A stretch of 64,000 nt of DNA from Octopus vulgaris (taxonomy: Eukaryota), in the NCBI GenBank assembly GCA_951406725.2, contig OX597820.1:103416001-103480000 (forward strand), written 5' to 3'. The stretch's first letter is position 1. Each line of letters opens with the position of its first letter. Position numbers and translations under genes: made by a program. Under the pieces are notes generated by a model. It searched no databases, was not told the DNA's origin, and saw only the letters and a list, made by a program, of their open reading frames with translations. Below, piece by piece: positions 52,091 to 64,000 of the stretch.

Positions 52091-52313
52091 AACAACTGAA
52101 CTAGCTTTTCCTGTGTGCACAAGAGCGATGAGAGCCAGAAATTCAGCACCTTACCTTTACCATTTATGAGCCTTCGTACTTTCATTCTTAGGTCTACAAT
52201 TGTGATTTTCTTTCACGTTTGTTCTTGCAAATTTCTGTCTTTTGTGCGTCTAATCCAATTCTATTGTATATCTTCTCACCGATCCAAATCTTTTTCTACA
52301 AGTTTTCAACTTC

Positions 52314-52352
<39 letters not shown>

Positions 52353-52562
52353 TTTTTTTTTCTTCTTTCAAATTTGCTTCCATTTCTTGCCGAGTGTCTT
52401 CCCGACTCCTAGGGCAAAGAAACTCATAGTATACATTGGTAGGCCATTAAACCAAACTCAATAGTTCGTTCATTTTTTTTTTTTTTTTTTAAGTTAAATT
52501 AAAATACATGAGCAGCAACAGTTCTCACATCGACAATGCTCTTCTCAATACGTGTGATGTAA

Positions 52563-52618
<56 letters not shown>

Positions 52619-54921
52619 GTTATTATGATTATTATTATGAAAACGAGTCGGTTGAATCGTTAGCACGCTGAACAGAACGTAATCGATTGCTTCCCTCACA
52701 CAAAATTTCAAGACTTACGTCTATAGTAAAAAAAAGTTATTATCATTGATGTTATTATTAAGATAGTAAGCTAGTAAAATTGTCAGCGTGTCAGTCAAAA
52801 TGCGTAAAGGCATTTCATCCGGTTTTTTTTTCTCACCTTCTAAACTCATATCTCGTCGATGTCAACTTTGCCTTTCATCCTTTTGGAGTAGATAAAATAA
52901 AGTAGCAGTTAGTTAAGCACTGGGATGTGAGGAGCTGGTTAGTATAGTCAACAATTCCCTCAATTACTAGCCTTGTGTCAAAATTTTGAAGCAATTATTA
53001 TTATTATAGTTTGTATTGTGGTCATTAATTCAAGACTTGATATTTTTCTTCGGAGTATTCGCCCATAATGATTTTAGTCATCTATAGACGTTTTCGATAC
53101 CCGGTGTCGACAAAAAAGATTTGCCTTTACAAATTTTATGATTTATTTGCTTCCACATTTTGACATTTTCACTTCAAAATATTTATCAGACGAAAGCAAT
53201 ATGCTCGTCATAAACATGAAAATAATGCAATAGCTACATAAGAGACAAAAAGATAGTACAAAACAAATCAAACCATAGAAAGAACTCTCATAACAAAAGT
53301 AAAATTCTATAAAGAACATTTAAATTAACATTTAATCGGATAATAATTTTTTCCGAACTGTAAAAGAGATACTTTAAATGATAGATTTAATAACAAAATA
53401 ACGCTCGAGAATCTTCAGATTTGACAAATTTCTGGAAAATAAAAAAAAGTAACAATCAACTGAGAGAATTGTGTAAAGCTAGACCAGGATCTGCTCCAAG
53501 AAAAGGCAAAGAGAAAGCTAGCATATGTAAGCTTTAATAATATTGGTAGGAGGTTTCTATCTCCTTTCGAGACAGCAATTGAATGAAGCATTTCACACGA
53601 TACTGTAAGAAATTCTCTGTAAAGCTTACGGGACAGTCAACTGTGTTTTCAGAACCGTGGCTCAGCAAAACACAGATCATAAATTTCTGTCCCTGTATTT
53701 GAGACAGAGAAATACAAAGTGTCAATTGGGAGTTTGAGAAATGATACTGACTTGTGTTTTTGATTTGTCTTATGGGCGTGGTTAGTGCAAGGATGATGGA
53801 GGTGCAACATGCAATTGGGAAGGATTAGGATGAACTTGAAATTCTTAATGATGTCCGAAAGCAACAAGACCATATCGGGGATGTGCTCAGTTGAGGAAGT
53901 CAAGGCTAAGTGTATGAGACTAATAATGCATAGTAAAAGGCATAGTTGTCATTCCTATGTAAGTAAAAGCCACTTGAAAAACTTTCCTTCCGAAGAATTG
54001 GAAAGGCAAAAGGACTGCAGCAGAAAGAAACTGATGTAGCAACGAGATCCACAGATTGCAGTTTTCATATCATCATCAGTTACAGCTCCATAAAGGTTGG
54101 AAGAGGTCACACTGCGCTAGACTGGAAACACAGGGACGGGGATCCTAATTGTAGCAGCGAGTACCCACTTTATCGCTTTGTGATGAACTGGAGGAGATGG
54201 AGGAGGACCAAGAAGAAGAAACCATTACTGGAAGTACAAGAGGTAAACGCAGGGAGATAGCAAATAAAAAGTGTCTAACGAAACGTGGTGAAAAATTGCG
54301 ACGAAACTCACTCTGCTTCCTCAGGAAAACGTCTTGATGTGTTCAGAAGCACAACAGGATAAAGAAGATGCAATGGATATGCATATCAAAGCGTCTTTCA
54401 AAATTGTAGACATATTTTGGAAAGTGTCTTTTAAACATATGAACGTCAGAGTATTAGTAATGTACTTAGCATAGGTTTATGGGTTCATAAATTAAAGAGG
54501 ACCTATGAACCAACACAGCCTAAAAAAATATTAACTGGAGATTTTGACTGCATTAAAACTCAGTATGAGGAATGACGGAATGGGAGAACTGTAGAATACT
54601 GGGACCCCAAGTGACCAGTGGGCTTTCCCCACCATGTGTGTGCGAGTAGTATTTTATTCAAAATTAAATTGCATTTTGTTTTGTTTATTGCGTACAAAAT
54701 ATTCTTCTATATTTAGTTCTTGTTTTATCAGATCGTCAATCTTTACGTTATAAGTTCAAATACAGCCAAGCTAATTGTTTTTCATTTTTAGGGTCAATAA
54801 AAGCGCCAGTAGTAGTACTAGGTTCAATGGAATCGACTAACCCCTTCCTCTAAAAAATTTACTGGCCCAAATGAGAAACCATTGTTGTTGTTGTTGTTGT
54901 TTTTGTTGCTGCTGCTGCTGC

Positions 54922-54997
<76 letters not shown>

Positions 54998-55390
54998 GAT
55001 GATGTTGTTGTTGATGATGATGATGATGATGATGATGATGTTGATGATGATTTCCATGCTGCTCTGATCATAAATTTCCTCGAATTTTTTGTCATTCTAA
55101 TCGTTTAAAGTATATGCACGAGATTAGATAAGATCTTTGCGTTTTCCTTAGAAGTGGCTTTATCCGAAGATTCAATAAATGTGTAGGCGTTAGCTATAAC
55201 AAGACCATTAATGCTAAGCTACAACAACTGAATGAGGGGGGAAATGCATCCCTGTTATAATCAACATCACAAAGCAGATTTAAAATCGCTTTCAACCAAT
55301 CATTGTTTGCATCAAGCGGATAAATATTTCATTAATAAAATTAAAATCCCGGACGAGCCCAAAGCTTCTTTTCTATTTTGTGAATGTGCA

Positions 55391-55707
55391 TGGCTCAGTG
55401 GTTAGAGCGTCGGGCTCACAACCATGAGTTCCATTCCTGGACCGTGGTGTGTGTTGTGTTCTTGAGCAAAATACTCTATTTCACGTTACTCCAGTTCACT
55501 CAGCTGTAGAACTGAGTTACGACGTCGCTGTTGCCAAGCTGTATTGGACTATGCCTTTCCTTTGGATAACATCGGTGGTGTGGAGGGAGGAGGCTAGCAT
55601 GCATGGGTAACTCCTGGTCTTCCATAAACAACCTTGAACCTTGTGCTTCTGAGGGGAACTTTCTAGGTGCAATCCCATGGTCAATCATGATCGAAGTGGG
55701 TCTTTAC
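55391..55707 (+). mobile_element. SINE family C'
   Basis: TGGCTCAGTGGTTAGAGC A-box head; homologous to 39578-39889. Confidence 0.8.
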
Positions 55708-56030
55708 TCTTTTTCAAATACCAATAAATTTAAGGTTTGACTAAAGAAAAACTGTGAAAAATAGCGATTATGTTAAAGCTGTGAAAAAAAGCGACTATGT
55801 TAAAGCTGTACTTTGCCACAAAATTTTGTTTGCCAAAGAGAAAAGGTGGTTTTTATCTCAAACTTTTCGGAAGAGTTTAATAAATGTATGAACGTTAACT
55901 CTGACAACCTAAGCACAGCACCGTTGAGAGAAGGAAAACAGCCCCACCGCTAAAACACCAGCACCAGAAAGAACTTTAATAGAAATATCAAGAATTGTGG
56001 CAACGATAACAACATATACATATATATACT

Positions 56031-56441
56031 ACTCTTACTCTTTTATTCTTTTATTAGTTTCAGTCATTTGACTGCGGCCATGCTGGAGTACCGCCTTTAA
56101 TCGAGCAACTCGACCCCGGTACTTATTCTTTTGTAAGCCCAGTACTTATTCCATCGGTCTCTTTTGCCGAACCGCTAAGTAACGGGGACATAAGCACACC
56201 AGCATCGGTTGTCAAGCAATGCTAGGGGGACAAACACAGACACACAAACACACACACGCATATATATATATATATACATACATACGACGGGCTTCTTTCA
56301 GTTTCCGTCTACCAAATGCACTCACAAGGCCTTGATCGGCTCGAGGCTATAGTAGAAGACACTTGCCCAAGGTGCCACGCAGTGGGACTGAACCCGGAAC
56401 CATGTGGTTGGTAAACAAGCTACTTACCACACAGCCACTCC
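56031..56441 (-). mobile_element. SINE family A, full length, young
   Basis: Complete head, internal microsatellite and tail. Confidence 0.9.
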
Positions 56442-56773
56442 AAACGATGAAAAAGAACGCAATGGAAGGTGGAAAAGCTAACATCGATTGACAAAGACCA
56501 TCAACGGAAACACTGAGTGTCAACGATGAAGGTGAATGAACCAAATGACAACATCAACGACAAAAAGCAACAACAATAGCGAAAACAAGCATAACACAAA
56601 GAAAGGAAGTTCATTAACCAGAGTCACCTGCACCTGGACTGAGCTTTCTCTTTAGTTCAAAAATTATATACATACATGCATGTATACATACATACATATA
56701 TACATGTACTCACATATCTATACACACACACACACATAGAGAGAGAGAGAGAGAGAGAGAATATATATATATT

Positions 56774-56804
<31 letters not shown>

Positions 56805-56837
56805 TCATACATACATACGTGCATACATACAGGCATG

Positions 56838-56891
<54 letters not shown>

Positions 56892-57661
56892 ACAAGTGAA
56901 GCCTTATGTTTTTAAATTTTGACTGAGAGACAGCCACATACAGGTGCTTTAAAAAAACAAGGGCACAAAACAGTTACCGTACGTGAACAGACAAGTACCA
57001 AGTGCTATTAAGTGCCATTAGTGCCATTTAGCGACATTTAGTACACGTGACTTAGTACCTCAAAAAAGAAAAGCAATATGGATCAGTGCTAGACATGTTG
57101 TGAGGAGAGATGAGAGGAAACCAAATCGCACTCACGTAATTTCTACCTACAAGGGTTGCTGCCCAGCCAAAGTGACGTTTTAAGGGGTATCATGATACTT
57201 AAATCAACCAATTTTAGTGGTGATGATACAATGATATGTCGAAGTAGTAAATTTGATAATCTTTCAGTTTTCTTTTTATGAGAAATTCCTGAGTACTCCT
57301 CTGGAAATTCAAGTTCAATACACACATGGAAACTTTCTAGATTTTCTAGACCAGATTCATATTGTGACATAAAAATGAAGATAGTTGTAGTCGAGAGCAG
57401 AACACCAAACGCACTCCAAATGTAGTGTCACTGATCATCTTGAGCTCTTTTTAGTCTCCTCGCAAACTAACAACCATAGATTAGATGCCACTGCTATCGG
57501 CATCAAATATATAACGGCTACAACAACAAAATCGCCGTCAACAACAACATCGATAAAAATACAATCTACATTTGTATCTTCTACAACAAATATCTGACAC
57601 TACTTGGGAGAATCTCTCTTAAATTATATGTATGTATGAATGCTTGTATGCATATATATAT

Positions 57662-57971
57662 ATCACCGTGATCACCGTGACCGACCAGGCTATCAGATGT
57701 TTCTCCACATCGCTGGTCACAATGCGTTTCGCATTGTTTTAGCCTTTCAAATGACGCCACCCCGCTGGCTTAGCGAGCAGGCCAACAGAAGAAAGAGTGA
57801 GAGAAAGCTGTGGCGAAAGAGTACAGCAGGGATCGCCACCACCCTCTGCCGGAGCCTCGTGGAGCTTTAGTTGTTTTCGCTCAATAAACACTCACAACGC
57901 CCGGTCTGGGAATCGAAACCGCGATCCTACAACCGTGAGTCCGCTGCCGTAACCACTGGGCCATTGCGCCT

Positions 57972-57974
<3 letters not shown>
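57662..57974 (-). mobile_element. SINE family B, RTE-tail subtype
   Basis: Homologous to 23325-23620. Confidence 0.85.
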
Positions 57975-58020
<46 letters not shown>

Positions 58021-58489
58021 AATAAATACATATACACACACATCCACCCATCCATCCATACGTATATACATACATGCATACACACATACATATGCACTCA
58101 CACAGACACGCATATACACATACATACACATACGTTTAAATGCATATGCATACCTAAATATAAGCCTAATTCCGTTGGACATGTCGTTGTTTTTGCATGC
58201 CTCGAACACCTCGTCTAATGATAAAGTTGAACGAGAAAACAAATTTCCCTCAAGCAAATCTGAAACGATAAACATTTCCATGCCTCGAAAAGCTAGTAAG
58301 GTCTAAAGTCACAGCGAAGAAGGGCGCGGAAAAAGATATCTGTTAAATTCTAGATAACATCTTGTTTGCGTTGTTGTTATCTGCCGCATAAAAATAACAT
58401 GCAACACAAACAAAAATAGTAAAAGCAACTAAACCACCGCTAACAACAACAACAACAACAACAACGACAACAGCAACAGAAACAGCAGT

Positions 58490-58860
58490 GGAGGCGCTAT
58501 GGCCCAGTGGTTAGGGCAGCGGACTCGCGGTCGGAGGATCGCAGTTTTGATTCCCAGACCGGGCGTTGTGTGTGTTTATTGAGCAAAAACACCTAAAGCT
58601 CCACGAGGCTCCGGCAGGGGGTGGTGGTGACTCTTGTACTCTTTCGCCACAACTTTCTCTCACTCTTTCTTCCTGTTTCTTGTCCTCGGCTTCCTACGCA
58701 ACCCATTGAGCCTGGATGCGCATTCATCCATCCGTCGATGCTCTCGGTGTCGGGGGTTGACCTGCTTTCTCTTCTGCGGGTCTTACGAATAGCAAAGGAC
58801 CACATTTCGGACTTCTCCCATCTTGCGAGCTCTGGGACGAAGACCGTTCGCTCAACAGCA
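58490..58860 (+). mobile_element. SINE family B, (CAA)n-tail subtype
   Basis: Homologous to 15181-15545; sits within a (CAA)n-rich tract. Confidence 0.85.
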
Positions 58861-59454
58861 ACAGCAGCAACTGAATCAGCAATAACAAAAATAACAGCAA
58901 CAAAAACAACAACAACGGTCGCAAGAACACTCCCAGCTTTACACTGTTGTTCACTAGAGTTAGAAGGAGTTGATGGAGTATACGAAATTGTTTTTCTTCT
59001 TCATACAGTCGCAATCGAGATGCGTTTCACTAGGCCCTTGTAGGAATGTCTGTCATCATTAACTTTCGTAGGTCCTCAGTTTTATGTAGAGCTTCTCTGC
59101 CAATCGCTCCAATGTAATTGAGAGGGCTTCGCCTTCTACAAACATTTCAAAATGCGTAGAAACAGATAGAAAAAGGGATGAAAATGCTGCACCTAAAAAT
59201 GCAGAACATATTGCTGATTTGTACAACATGTGAAGTATTCCTTTATTCTTTTATCCATTTACTTGTTTCAGTCATTTGACTGCGGCCATGCTGGAGTACC
59301 GCTTTCAAGTGTTTTTTTTAGTCGAAGAAATCGACCCCAAGACTTATTCTTTGTAAGCTTAGTACATATTCTATCGGTTGCTTTTCCAAACCGCTAAGTT
59401 ACGGTGACGTAAACACATCAACATCGGTGGTGGGGAACAAACACAGACACAAAG

Positions 59455-59510
<56 letters not shown>

Positions 59511-59515
<5 letters not shown>

Positions 59516-60039
59516 TTTAAAATAGGATAAAATCTTTATAAAAATTTATCAAGTAGTCAGCGTGAAAAACCTCATAAGAGAAAAATCCACCAATTTTTTC
59601 ACTTAAATATATTTATTTATATTATATAGAGAGCATTACTACACATAAATGCCACACGCTAGGAGGGACTCTTAAAGTCAAAACTGCTAAACACATCGTA
59701 CCGAATGTAACACTCGAAGCAAGTCATTTAAAAACAGAATTTAGCTGCAGATCACTGTGATTTCATAATCAGTGTAGTGGTGCACTCTTTACTCATCAGT
59801 GCAAGCATAATTCAAGATTTATAATGAATGAACAAAATCAACATACCAGACGAACAACCATCGTATCCAACGTAGTATATAGAAATGTTCACCCCTTATA
59901 CATCTATGTAAATGGCGGGCTTTTTCGAATTGCATTTCGGTAATAACGTGCTTATTCGGAATAAAAATTCACTACTGAATATACTCCGGTTAAATTCACA
60001 ATTTAAAAATAGAATAAAATCTTTATAAGAATTTATCAA

Positions 60040-60042
<3 letters not shown>
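59511..60042 (-). mobile_element. Retrozyme/Penelope-pLTR-like element, 487-bp monomer plus 45-bp terminal redundancy
   Basis: 59511-59555 repeated at 59998-60042; (TA)n on both sides; contains a hammerhead. Confidence 0.75.
59744..59806 (-). ncRNA. Type I hammerhead ribozyme, complete
   Basis: Minus strand TTGCA-CTGATGA-GTAA..TTAT-GAA-ATCAC A GTGAT-C-TGCAG; AUC triplet. Confidence 0.75.
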
Positions 60043-60075
<33 letters not shown>

Positions 60076-60244
60076 GACAGGCATCTTCCAGTTTCTGTCT
60101 ACCAAATCCACTCACAAGGCTTTACAGCCCGAAGCTATAGTAGAAGACACTTTCCCAAGGTGTCACACAGTGGGACTGAACCCAAAACCATTTGATTGGG
60201 AAGCAAGCTTCTTATCACACAGCCACACCTGCGCTTATGTAGAA

Positions 60245-61530
60245 TTATGGGAGAGAAATTTCCAATAGATGTTTGGAAACTCAGAACATGCAATGTGCAC
60301 TTCGACGCGAGCCGTGAGGTAAGTAGTCTTCTACCATATTCAGCAAGAACAATGTTGAAAGGAGATTGCGTGAATTCAAGTAACCCCAGTGTTGTTCGTT
60401 AGCAGGATCATCTAATGAAGTTATCCTAAGTCACTAAACAGAGATGCAATAGCCATTAGCGAGATCAGAGTTTTCAAGATGCATGCACTCTCGTTATCTC
60501 CGAATAGATATGTTTCCAGAAAGTTCAAAATCACAAGGTAAAGAATAAATCTGTCCCTGGGTGGTAACTCAGAGATAATGGACATACATAGAAATTTTTG
60601 TGATATCACGAGGCTTGTAGTCGTGTATACTTCGATAGGGAACGGGGAACGGACAGACACGCTTTTTCAGATGTCTGAAAATTTTTCTAGACACATAACA
60701 TCCTAATGAACAAATTATTTCTAGCTGAGTTAATAGACGAATGCAGTGTTAAGAAACACATTCTAATTGTTTGGAAGTAGCTGAAAGCAGGAATAGATCT
60801 CAAAACCATGCAGATATTGAATGAATACTTTATGTGGACTTAATCTAGCCGTGTAAGTTATTCACAATTCAGAGTGGTTAGCTGCACATATCATACGTTT
60901 ATAATCTGTTCGGAAAACCTAGAAAGGTTATCTAGAAAAGAACATAGTTACTAAAAGCAGAACGCATCGTTCGTGCTCTCTTTCATATGTAGATAGGAAC
61001 TGAAAAAGAAAATCATCAGGAAAAAATAATTGTAATATTTTAAGGGAAACGACACAATCCAGCAGACTTACTGGATTAGGGCTATGGAACAATAGATTCA
61101 CAAAGAAGGTACAAAGAAAGACATAACGTTGGAGTTGCAATCGGCGAAAATGTTTATACACAATTTCTTCTATGCAAAACACGAGGGTTTCGTTATCCGA
61201 GTTAAAATACGTGTAATTCCAGAAGGAAAGCCGTTCAGAGAGTCTATGATAAGGTGTGGCAGGGAAAGTTACATTTCGATCTTTGAAGAATCGCAGTAGA
61301 CGCATGATATACGGTTATTCGCTTGACTTCGCTTTTATTTTCTCAGATTTGAGACAGGAAACCTCAAGGTCTAACTCAATGGTCTACGGTGACTTTTGAC
61401 AGAAGACATCAAAGTGTGTGAGATACGAATTTCAACAGCCGAAATAACGGGCGAATTGAGTCTCTGTGCGAAGATAAAATTGCCCGGGATGGATGCTGGC
61501 TAAATGAGACCTACTGTTATATGGTAAATT
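60245..61530 (+). mobile_element. Very decayed Tx1/L1-like LINE ORF2 (APE domain to pre-RT linker)
   Basis: Colinear remnants KLRTCNV, DAIAISEIRV, RLVVVY, ISTAEITGELSLCAKIKLPGMD (K.PG.DG motif). Confidence 0.55.
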
Positions 61531-61811
61531 TGCGATTCTAGCGATCGTGTGTGCAACAGCCTAACCACTAGGCCAAGCATGCGCGCGCGCTTGTTCATGT
61601 GTGTTCGCCATGCTGGGCCGCTGAAATCTACAAGGTTTTTCATTTTATCTCTGTTCATTTCCTCGTGTTCCTCTCTGTTGTAGAACGTAGGCTCAACACG
61701 TAAAAGATTTTTTTATTTTCCCGAGCGTCAAACTAATAAACATGCTTGTTGTTCATACACCTGTCTTCATCTTTTGTTTTCTAAAAATTCCAACCATATA
61801 TATATATATAA

Positions 61812-62007
61812 AGTTAATCCAAACATGAAAACACAACAACGAGAGGACGTGGAACAAATATAGTATTATTGGACGCTCAAGAAAGAAGGAGGGTTTAACG
61901 TTTCGAGCGGAGCTCTTCGTCGGAAACATAGGAGAAGGAAAGATCCAGAGAAGGGAAGACAGAGGAAAAAAATCGCCAACGGTACACACGCGGTCACATT
62001 TTGAATG

Positions 62008-62010
<3 letters not shown>
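61812..62010 (-). mobile_element. Short Penelope-like repeat with minimal hammerhead at 61893-61927
   Basis: Minus strand GTTT-CCGACGA-A-GAGC TCC GCTC-GAAACGTT-AAAC; same family as 11862-12072. Confidence 0.65.
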
Positions 62011-62062
<52 letters not shown>

Positions 62063-62989
62063 GTATATATAAACACACATACAGACATCACAAAGACACA
62101 AACACGTTTGCACACACATATATATATGACGGATAACTTTGGAATTATGTTCTTAACACAATAGGTAATATCAGGCAATATCGTACACATACAACAATTA
62201 TTTTGTTTTTTCTCTTATATCAAATTTCTTGTTCCTTATGTAAAATGAGAAAATGAATACTATTGTTTAAAAGAAAAATATTTAATACTTTAAAATACGA
62301 TTAAAACGAATTTCTCATTCTTATAATTCCTCTTTGGTACATATACACAGTCTCCTTCTTCAGTCACCAAGTCTTGTATGTGCACTCATCCTACACTTGT
62401 TAACCCTCTTCATATTTATCTTCTCCCTCCCTCCCTCCCTCTCTCTCCCCCTCTCTCTCTCTCTCACTCGCTCTCACAGCCTCGCTATAATAAATGTAAA
62501 GAGTAACTGGGGGATCAACCAACTAACCAACATTTATATCGGCTATTATTATTAACTTACTGTTAATCTGTTAGTATCTGAATCTGATTCTGCCTGTTTA
62601 TAGAATTCACATAAGATATAAAGCCATAGCTCCGACTGCCTTTTCTGCATATACTTTGTGGTTAAACATCTCGCTTCGATGAAATAAAATTGTTTTGTTT
62701 AGTTTCACGTGGATTTATCTGTAAATAGCTCTTGTTAAATATTTACGTGCCCCAACTCGTTACATCTTTCTTCACACACCTGTGCGTATACGCGCGCATG
62801 CAGTGTGTGCGCGTGTGTATGTGTGTATGTGTGCGTGTGTTTGCGTGTGCTTGTATTCACACACATATATGTAGAAGATAAAGATATTAGTATAACAAGT
62901 TTAATATCGGTTACACTGCATTGCACATAAGTGATTATGTTGTACTAAATTACACCAGACTTGTAAAAGATATAGATGATCGAAATAAT

Positions 62990-63127
62990 GAGGAATGCTA
63001 ACTTCATCAGACGCTTCCAATTATCTAAAAGCTCTTCGACTTTTTTAGTTTGTGGTGCACCTCCTTGTCGATGTTGGCATTTGACGAAAAGATGTACCTC
63101 TAATACCAGACTTGGTAAACTATCTTC

Positions 63128-63185
<58 letters not shown>

Positions 63186-63415
63186 GTGATCTGGAAGGGC
63201 GGCAATCTTCTTGAGATGTTGGTTAGTGGAGAACTTCTCTCTTCTTAAAGTCAACTTCTGTTCAAAGACGCAAGCAAACTCTGCAATGCATGATCTTACA
63301 TGCAGCGCTGACTGAGATGGAATAATGGAAACATTCTAAGCAGTTCGAGTGTCTTGGTGTGATACTGTAGACACCTCAAGTCGAATAGGTTGTCATCCCT
63401 TGTTCTAGCAAAAAG
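62990..63415 (-). mobile_element. Decayed RTE RT fragment interrupted by (CT)n
   Basis: RTRDDNLFDLRCLQYHTKTLE.. and FSSNANIDKEVHHKLKK resemble RTE RT segments. Confidence 0.65.
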
Positions 63416-63814
63416 TATTGCGTTCTACAATTTCGCATCATAACAATTTTCCTTATTTGTATAATGTAACTTAGTGAAAGCAAATAAATCCACATCGACT
63501 TCATCGACGATTTTTCTAATTGTTCAATCCACTAAACCATTCATTCGTTCTATTAGAATGTACTTCAACAGACGTTGTACTTGTATATGTCAGAGTTGGC
63601 CCTCTGAATTACAGTCATAGTAAACTCCTATTTCGTTCCCAAAGTGATACCACACAATGAGATCGCATCACACCCGGGACTTCATGATTATGAAACAAAC
63701 TTATTAACTCGTGTCCATTTTTAATCGCCTACAAATCACAAGCTAGACCTCCTAACGGAAACGTGTTGTCTTCAAGTTTGTTTTGGCAACTCCTGCAAGT
63801 CACAGGTGCCAAGC

Positions 63815-63961
63815 CAGGGTCGGACTGAGCCGTCAGTCAATCGGTCACTGCCCGAGGGCCCGAACTCTGAGAGGCATGCACTCTACATGTTAACTTATCA
63901 ATGCTAAGGGGCCCGGTAAACTGTTATGCCCTAGAGCCCTAACACTCTCAGTCCGTCCTTG
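63815..63961. mobile_element. hAT-type MITE with 8-bp TSD
   Basis: TIR CAGGGTCGGACTGAG / CTCAGTCCGTCCTTG; TSD TGCCAAGC / TACCAAGC. Confidence 0.8.
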
Positions 63962-64000
63962 TACCAAGCTGTATCCGTTCTTGTTCTTATCATAGACAGC

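Larger units (their letters stand above)
59240..60235 (-). mobile_element. SINE family A split by an insertion in its internal microsatellite
   Basis: 3' half at 59240-59455, head at 60074-60235. Confidence 0.75.

Overview
This is AT-rich, microsatellite-saturated eukaryotic DNA, not prokaryotic. The repeat repertoire fits a coleoid cephalopod, probably Octopus (inferred from recognised repeat types). No intact protein-coding gene is evident, and nearly all ORFs in the track are microsatellite artefacts. The window holds decayed transposable elements: Tc1/mariner, non-autonomous Helitrons, hAT/other MITEs, LINE fragments (RTE, CR1-like, R4/Dong-like, Tx1/L1-like) and at least four tRNA-derived SINE families. 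The main unannotated signal is about 14 type I hammerhead ribozyme (HHR) motifs from roughly 10 different short non-coding families. Most lie in (TA)n tracts as tandem ~460-490 bp monomers or inverted foldback pairs, the architecture of Penelope-like pseudo-LTRs (pLTRs) and retrozymes. Three fold completely by eye (48620-48677, 49468-49560, 59744-59806). Others carry recurrent core variants (a G3-C8 swap, U4C, A6U). A weak three-exon minus-strand gene model at 13254-16720 is also noted. Coordinates were read by eye and may be off by a few bases.
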